From Candidatus Thorarchaeota archaeon (GTDB lineage Archaea; Asgardarchaeota; Thorarchaeia; Thorarchaeales; Thorarchaeaceae): DNA of 64,000 bases. The position numbers and the translations under genes were made by a program. Positions 58,115 through 64,000 of this stretch are shown one piece after another; the stretch's first letter is position 1, and each line of letters begins with the position of its first letter. Where the stretch lies: the NCBI GenBank assembly GCA_008080745.1, contig SHMX01000001.1, positions 159,359 through 223,358 of the forward strand, in the 5' to 3' direction. A model generated the notes under the pieces. It had not been told where the DNA came from, made no database searches, and saw nothing but the letters and a program-made list of their open reading frames with translations.

Positions 58115-58810
58115 CTATCGCCACTCAAGATTGATAGTAATAGTAGGGGGTATCAAATCCAAGATTTCAGTGATTTCTGATTTTTGTGGTTCCCTAAGAT
58201 GTATTTTCTCTTCCGCACGAACGCCCGTCGATGCTATGTAATTCTGAACGGTATACTTACCTGAAAAATCAAGTTTCTGTAATTCTTCTGCAATACGAAC
58301 AACATCTTTGGGTTCCATAAGTATACCAGTGTAAGTCGTTCGAGGCCATAATTCTACTGAGGATTGAAGAATCATTTTTAGGCTCTTGACCACTTTGTCC
58401 CACGGATTCTGTTTTGTTCTACTTATGGACTTATAGGATTCAGGAGAGGTTTTGATATCAAACCATACTGAATCCAGATAGGGTAGGCACTTTTCCAGAA
58501 TATTAGGAACCGATCCTTGCGTATTGAGGTTAATATGACCATCAGTTGATTCTCTGAGAGAAGCTAAAAGATCTGGTAATTCATTCTGTAGTGTGGGCTC
58601 ACCGCCAGTTATGCAATAGCCATCAACAAAATGTCCCGACACTCTCGAAATAATCTCAAGAATACTCACTTCAGAGCCAGAGTCATGGGATATCAAATCT
58701 GCATTCTGACAATAGGGACAATTAAAGTTGCATCCACTAGTAAAAATCACTGAAACAGGTATACCCGGTACATCAACTAGACTGACATCAATAATAGAAC
58801 CAATCCGCAT
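58115..58810 (-). CDS. radical SAM protein (NrdG/PflA-like small activase family)
   Basis: 231 aa; VIFTSGCNFNCPYCQN (C-x3-C-x2-C) close to the N-terminus, GGEP-like ITGGEPTLQ. Confidence 0.6.
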   Translation of the reverse strand: MRIGSIIDVSLVDVPGIPVSVIFTSGCNFNCPYCQNADLISHDSGSEVSILEIISRVSGHFVDGYCITGGEPTLQNELPDLLASLRESTDGHINLNTQGSVPNILEKCLPYLDSVWFDIKTSPESYKSISRTKQNPWDKVVKSLKMILQSSVELWPRTTYTGILMEPKDVVRIAEELQKLDFSGKYTVQNYIASTGVRAEEKIHLREPQKSEITEILDLIPPTITINLEWR

Positions 58811-58878
58811 TGAGATTATACCTCACATTAGATAGCCAAACCATTGGTTATATCACCAACGGTATGGCTTTTGTATTT

Positions 58879-60612
58879 CTAAGACTCGCTAAAACAAGAC
58901 TGCAAGTCTTTGATTATTTTTTCTTTTGCTATTCCAATATATTCGGAGTTTGCCTCAATAGTCAAATCGTTAATTATGCCATTCCGCCGGTCATAATGTA
59001 ATGTGACTTTAGTGTCATCCTCGCCTTTTGAAGGAAGAATGTAATGAACACGGACGTCCTCTGAATCGTCTTGGAACTCCTCATCAATCGATATTATTTC
59101 TTTGTTTGCTAGATACTCCTCGATGGCAGCAACGTCACATTTTTGATTCAGGGTCACCCGTACTAGATGACTTTTCTCGACCTTTGATTCAAGCCAGTCC
59201 ATTCCCTTCTTTAGGACAATAACTATTGCGGTCCAAAGAGTAACAGCTAAGGTGAAGAATAAAATTGGATTGCTTTCTGGAAACAGATGGAAATCTGTTG
59301 AATACTCTCCAGTGATTGCTAAGACAATGTCGAAAGCAATGGTACCAGAAAGAATCAATTCAATGACATTGAGAACATTACCTGTTCTTTCGCTTGCACG
59401 AATGACTTCGCTTGTGCTTTGGGTATTGTCACGAAGTGCACTATAGACCCTTCGCATCTGTTGTTCAATTTGTGTAGAAAGCAAGGTCTGAAGACCTTCG
59501 ACTTCACTAGAAAGGCTCTGGAGATCAATGTCGGTGTCACTAATACGGTTCATGAGACGATCAAAGGTATTTTGAAAGTTTAGTACAGACACAGCTTCTT
59601 CATCGACACCCTCTCGTTCTGAAAGCCACTTTTCTTTGAGTAGAGCAAAACCTCTCTTTAGATAGCTGCCTATCGATTGAATTATGGTGAAGTTTGCTGA
59701 GGCTTCGGTCAATATATTTTGTGCTCGAGTAATGACCGAATGATCACCACTAGCAGTCTTTTCAATAAGTATTCTTACTTGAGCTAACTCATCCCAGAGC
59801 AATGACATCCTGTGGTAGAGGCCATCAACAAACATTTCAGCACTTCGTACTAGTGCATAAAAGGATACAAGAGATTCATATTTGCTCCAGTTTTCAGAAA
59901 CAAGAATGAGGCCAGCATCTCCAACAAGAAGCAGACTTCCATCGTTTAGTCGATGTGTGATGATTAAATTATCTAGTAGTTGCTCCAGTTCGTTCTGATA
60001 TTCTTCTCCATCCATATACTGTGTTATATCATCAAAATTTGGAGCCATTGAACTAGCAAGCATGCCAACAAATTTGTATCGACTTCTCGATTCACCTTTG
60101 TAAATACAATCCATTAGACGTCGTTGATGATGAGTGAGTAGTGTTTCCATCATTAAAGAGCTATCGTATATTAGATCAACCACTACTCTGGATATTTTGT
60201 CCAAGGAAACCCCATTGATATTTGTTTCTTCTCCACAAGTTTCGAATATCTCGGCGCCATAGACAACATGACCATCATGGCTGATGTACATTCCAACGGT
60301 TTCTTCCTGTTCTATAGATGAGTCATCGTCAGGGTCTTGTATCTTAATCTCACTTGCAATATATTCAGAATTAGCAGCATCGATTACTCGGACAAAGTTG
60401 ATTTCAGACTCGCTGGTAAAAGTAGTACTCTCAGGAAACTTATCAACCAACATAGTGACAAATTCGCCATGCACGTGACGAGTTGACATCAATTTGTTTC
60501 CAATGTCTTCTAGTATATTTCGATCACAGGGTATGTACTCACTCAGCAGAATTCTTACATCCTTTAGTATCATAGATTCTGTTAGGTCATCTCGAATGTT
60601 GCCTCCACTCAT
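58879..60612 (-). CDS. membrane-anchored protein, unknown function (C-terminal two-helix hairpin reminiscent of CorA-like topology)
   Basis: 577 aa; large soluble N-terminal region, hydrophobic segments NVIELILSGTIAFDIVLAI and ILFFTLAVTLWTAIVIVL near the C-terminus, then about 95-aa tail. Confidence 0.45.
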   Translation of the reverse strand: MSGGNIRDDLTESMILKDVRILLSEYIPCDRNILEDIGNKLMSTRHVHGEFVTMLVDKFPESTTFTSESEINFVRVIDAANSEYIASEIKIQDPDDDSSIEQEETVGMYISHDGHVVYGAEIFETCGEETNINGVSLDKISRVVVDLIYDSSLMMETLLTHHQRRLMDCIYKGESRSRYKFVGMLASSMAPNFDDITQYMDGEEYQNELEQLLDNLIITHRLNDGSLLLVGDAGLILVSENWSKYESLVSFYALVRSAEMFVDGLYHRMSLLWDELAQVRILIEKTASGDHSVITRAQNILTEASANFTIIQSIGSYLKRGFALLKEKWLSEREGVDEEAVSVLNFQNTFDRLMNRISDTDIDLQSLSSEVEGLQTLLSTQIEQQMRRVYSALRDNTQSTSEVIRASERTGNVLNVIELILSGTIAFDIVLAITGEYSTDFHLFPESNPILFFTLAVTLWTAIVIVLKKGMDWLESKVEKSHLVRVTLNQKCDVAAIEEYLANKEIISIDEEFQDDSEDVRVHYILPSKGEDDTKVTLHYDRRNGIINDLTIEANSEYIGIAKEKIIKDLQSCFSES

Positions 60613-61184
60613 TCTTTTTCACCTCTAGCTAAATCACCAATACCAAGATATTTTGGGAGATAAGATCTGGACTTGTACGGAATGTCCTCAAGGTCATCAA
60701 TAGAAACTCTTTCGCGAATTCCACATGCAGTACAAAAGAGATAGAACTGACGATTTTGAATTTCTACAAATCTAAGGTGTTCTGAGTTGCAATAAAGTAA
60801 CTGGTTAACTGTTTTCTTAATCTCTTCTGAGGCTGATGAGAGAAAACTTGCCCCCCGTGGAGTAACTCGATAAGCGGTTATGTATCCATAATTACCAGTA
60901 CTCAAACGAAGTATAGAAATTAACCCGAGTCTCAAGAGGTCTTCAAGATCGTCTTTCGCCTCACGACTTACATTTAACCATTGTCGGGTACCATCCAGCA
61001 TTTGTACACTCCAGGGAGCATAGTCATATGTTTCAAAAAGACCAGTGATGATACCCTTGTAAATAAGGGTGGCAAGTGGAAGTTCTTTTATCCATTTAGG
61101 ATCCTTTTCTTTCTCTTCTTGAAGCGTATACTTGTGGATGATATGCAATAACTTGATCATATCCTCAGTTATTTCGTCCTGCAT
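60609..61184 (-). CDS. hypothetical protein with possible winged helix and Cys pair
   Basis: 191 aa; 4-nt overlap with the downstream membrane-protein gene. Confidence 0.45.
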   Translation of the reverse strand: MQDEITEDMIKLLHIIHKYTLQEEKEKDPKWIKELPLATLIYKGIITGLFETYDYAPWSVQMLDGTRQWLNVSREAKDDLEDLLRLGLISILRLSTGNYGYITAYRVTPRGASFLSSASEEIKKTVNQLLYCNSEHLRFVEIQNRQFYLFCTACGIRERVSIDDLEDIPYKSRSYLPKYLGIGDLARGEKE

Positions 61185-61314
61185 GATATACCTCCAGTAT
61201 TTGTAGTCGAAATAGTAGTCAGAAATCCTCCTAAAGAGTCTATTGTGAAAATAATCGAAGAGGTTTTCTAGAACGCTTAATTATAATGCTGCATATGGTA
61301 TTCTGGGGACCACT

Positions 61315-61587
61315 ATGGAGTCATTGATAATATCACGTGATGAGATTCTTAAAAGCACACTTTTTCATATTCAGGTCAAAAGATGTCAATTCATTGATAA
61401 TTTTCCTGAAGTCGTGACCGAAGTGATTCACGAATCTATGGTTGAAAAAGGAATCTCAGACTACGCAAAATTAAAGAGAAAGCTCTACAGGATAGATACC
61501 AATTTCTTCACGATCAACAAGGATAAGATCAAGAAGAAAGACTTCTATGAAAGCCTATATTCAAGAATACAGGCCAGAGCTAGCTGA
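61315..61587 (+). CDS. hypothetical small protein
   Basis: 90-aa ORF with GGGGA upstream of the ATG; no motif. Confidence 0.3.
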   Translation: MESLIISRDEILKSTLFHIQVKRCQFIDNFPEVVTEVIHESMVEKGISDYAKLKRKLYRIDTNFFTINKDKIKKKDFYESLYSRIQARAS

Positions 61588-61642
61588 TTTTTTCAACCAT
61601 GTTGAGTCGAGAGAGCGGGATGGTGGGGACCAATCTGAGCTC

Positions 61643-63421
61643 TCAGACCTCAACAAGATTCAAAGTTACCACAAATTTTGCACCAAGATTAGGATTATCC
61701 TCCACTCGATTTTGGACCGAAATATTACCACCGTATTTTCTAATCATCGAAGCTACAAGTGTAAGTCCAACTCCACCATAACGTCGACTCTTATCGAAAA
61801 CAGACTGTTTCTTTGCATCACTTATTCCAGGCCCGTTATCCTCGATAATGAGGTCCACCGAATCATCTCTAGAAAAACATGAAATCCATACTTTTTTCTC
61901 GTCTTTGGGATTATGTCGTGCTGCATTCTCAAGCAAATTCCAAATCAATTCTCCAAGAAGGGTGTCAGCCTCTACATAGACGGGCCCATCAGGGAGGTCC
62001 AGATCTATTATAGCATTGTATACCCTCTTCAAAACAGCAGCTTTCTCATGGACCACACTAATCAGGTCAATCTCAGATTCTGGAAGGGCTGATAACTGAC
62101 TGGCTCGCTTTACCTTTGTAATCAGTCGATTGCATCTTTGGGCAGCGTCAAGCACATCATTCCTAGCATCATCAATGTAAGATGTTGGAAGTTCGGAATC
62201 AAGAAGACCTGCTGAGGTGATGATTATTTGTAACTGATTGGCAATATCATGAGATAAGAGATCGAGATAAAACTGAACAGTTTCTTCTGCGTTCTTCTGT
62301 TTCGTAATGTCTGTAATCACTGCAAAGGTGCCTTGGAATTCATTATTTGAGTCAAAGATTGGCATTGCAGAAACAACACTATGGATTACTTCACCCTGTT
62401 TACTAAGCCATTGTAATTCGTAGTGTTCAGATATTCCTTTTGTACGGTCGGTATGTTTTCTCCTTGCATCCGCCTCATTCATCGATAAAGCAAAGTCAGT
62501 CCACCTATTACCAACAATCTCATCTTGGTCGTATCCTAACATCTCACAGAATGCCTTGTTGGTATAGATAAGAATACCATCTTCATCATCTATGACTAGA
62601 CCATCATTCATAGTTTCTACAAGCATACGATACCGAGATTCAGTCTCTCCAAGAGCCTCTAGTTCCTGTTCCTGATGGGTAACATCTAGAAAATGAGCAA
62701 CTGTTTTTACCGATCCATCACTCAAATGGATGACCTCAACATTTACCTCAATCGTCTTTAATTCTCCATTTGGGGTCTCAATCTGTAGGTGATAAGATGA
62801 AGGAACATCAATTCCATCCTGTCTTTTCCTGAATATGGGTTCTAACTTAGCAATTTGTTCAGGTGTAAGAAATTCATCGAAACGATGACCTAGAGTTACT
62901 TCAGCCGGTCGCTCCATGACATCAACTGCCCTTTTGTTAACATATTCAATTATTCCCTTGTCATCAAGTACCAGAATACCATCGTGTGAATAATCGATTA
63001 TCACACTTTGGACTTCTCCTAACGATTCAACCGATGAAGTAGAATCTTGCCAGTCCTTCATTTCAACTACGACATAGAATCGATTAGTATCATTGTCATT
63101 TTTTTTGTAATGGATTTTTAGAACTGCAGAACTGGAATCAGTATCATTTAGAAGTACAGGTAAATCGATTTCCGAGCCGGATTTTTTTAGTTTCTCAAAC
63201 TGCTCTATTACAGAAGGATGATAATTTGTGTTAATAACATCCAATAATGTGAGAGAAGATATATCCTTCTCAGAAATATAATCAAAAATATTTCTAGCAT
63301 ATTGATTCATTTCTATGATTGATAGGTTCTCGTCTAAGAACAGAATTGCAATCGGAATATCAGCCAATTGAACTAAGGTGTCCTCTGAAGAAGTGATATT
63401 TCTCTTCGATTTCTTAGACAT
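61643..63421 (-). CDS. PAS-domain sensor histidine kinase
   Basis: 592 aa; PAS-like repeats, H-box LSHDIANQLQII, N-box NLLENAARHN, G1 DNGPGIS, G2 GGVGLTLV. Confidence 0.85.
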   Translation of the reverse strand: MSKKSKRNITSSEDTLVQLADIPIAILFLDENLSIIEMNQYARNIFDYISEKDISSLTLLDVINTNYHPSVIEQFEKLKKSGSEIDLPVLLNDTDSSSAVLKIHYKKNDNDTNRFYVVVEMKDWQDSTSSVESLGEVQSVIIDYSHDGILVLDDKGIIEYVNKRAVDVMERPAEVTLGHRFDEFLTPEQIAKLEPIFRKRQDGIDVPSSYHLQIETPNGELKTIEVNVEVIHLSDGSVKTVAHFLDVTHQEQELEALGETESRYRMLVETMNDGLVIDDEDGILIYTNKAFCEMLGYDQDEIVGNRWTDFALSMNEADARRKHTDRTKGISEHYELQWLSKQGEVIHSVVSAMPIFDSNNEFQGTFAVITDITKQKNAEETVQFYLDLLSHDIANQLQIIITSAGLLDSELPTSYIDDARNDVLDAAQRCNRLITKVKRASQLSALPESEIDLISVVHEKAAVLKRVYNAIIDLDLPDGPVYVEADTLLGELIWNLLENAARHNPKDEKKVWISCFSRDDSVDLIIEDNGPGISDAKKQSVFDKSRRYGGVGLTLVASMIRKYGGNISVQNRVEDNPNLGAKFVVTLNLVEV

Positions 63422-63529
63422 TATAACAACACCAGTTCAATATTCAAGTCATTCATTCAGTCAATAACTCTATTGGATTTGTAAGGACACTATTTCATTC
63501 CGTGTAATATCAATCTCAGGATGGAAATA

Positions 63530-64000
63530 TCAGCTTTTCTCGATTTTCCTCCAAAATCGTGTCGCACTTCTCTGACGACCATATCCAATAAGATCATCCA
63601 TTAATACAATCATTCGGTTCAACCAAGGCATATGTCGAACCATCCAAAGAACCATTTTGTGAAGAACGTTGTTTGGTTTGTTGTAAGGGCAGCTACGAAT
63701 GCAGTTTGAGCATTCACCACCATTTTGTACCCAGAAATCGTAACAGCTCTCAACGTCCACATACCATTTCTTTACTCCTGGATTGTTAGATTTTGACGTT
63801 CCTTTCCAACTCTGTTCTTTATCATAGGGGATAGACTGTGAAGGGCAATCTTTTGCGCATCTTTTACAGGTTTTACAAAACCGGATAACAGAATCACAAA
63901 AACCCTTGTCGGGTTTATCGGGAATAAGAGGCATATCAGTTAGAATTTTAGCAAGTCTGACCCTTGGACCATATTCCTTTGTTATAAGTAAACCATGACG
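63530..64000 (-). CDS. reductive dehalogenase / epoxyqueuosine reductase-like 4Fe-4S protein, C-terminal part (5' end lies beyond the window)
   Basis: Reading frame is open to the window edge; ...ITKEYGPRVRLAKILTDMPLIPDKPDKGFCDSVIRFCKTCKRCAKDCP...CSNCIRSCPY carries the two ferredoxin-type motifs typical of RdhA/QueG C-termini. Confidence 0.55.
   Translation of the reverse strand, partial: RHGLLITKEYGPRVRLAKILTDMPLIPDKPDKGFCDSVIRFCKTCKRCAKDCPSQSIPYDKEQSWKGTSKSNNPGVKKWYVDVESCYDFWVQNGGECSNCIRSCPYNKPNNVLHKMVLWMVRHMPWLNRMIVLMDDLIGYGRQRSATRFWRKIEKS

Noticed and set aside
1-64000. tRNA, rRNA, CRISPR arrays, transposases or integrases
   Set aside because: I found no candidate tRNA or rRNA sequence in the intergenic spacers by eye, no repeat-spacer arrays and no ORF with transposase or integrase motifs; a tRNAscan or Infernal run would be needed to exclude small RNAs formally

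Overview
This 64-kb window looks like a densely coded archaeal chromosome segment: it carries an archaeal-type proteasome alpha subunit, a PAC2-family chaperone, an archaeal DtdA-like deacylase, an ADP-forming acetyl-CoA synthetase and a PDCD5-like protein, with short spacers and many 1-20 nt gene overlaps. The lineage cannot be fixed from the window alone; the gene content would fit an uncultured sediment archaeon (Asgard- or Bathyarchaeia-like). I call 69 protein-coding genes and a few hairpin terminators; I found no rRNA, tRNA, CRISPR array or transposase/integrase by eye. All functional calls rest on motifs read directly from the translations; no database search was run, and several starts are non-ATG or uncertain. 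Recognisable metabolism includes a minus-strand glycerol block (FGGY kinase, glpABC, GlcD/GlcF-like pair, aldehyde dehydrogenase), a beta-oxidation-like acyl-CoA cluster, and an acetyl-CoA synthetase (ADP-forming) coupled to a DRTGG protein. The best candidates for an undescribed system are: (1) a minus-strand locus at 43.6-51.9 kb with a 1297-aa protein (TrmB-like winged helix plus ~1000 aa helical region), two further coiled-coil proteins and a Cys-cluster protein; (2) an RHH regulator followed by two tandem paralogous Cys-motif proteins (33.9-36.2 kb); (3) a P-loop-less alpha/beta protein coupled to a hyper-acidic protein with a Pro8 tract, convergent with an orphan E1-like ThiF gene (39.9-42.3 kb); (4) a radical-SAM, membrane protein and small-protein operon (58.1-61.2 kb).
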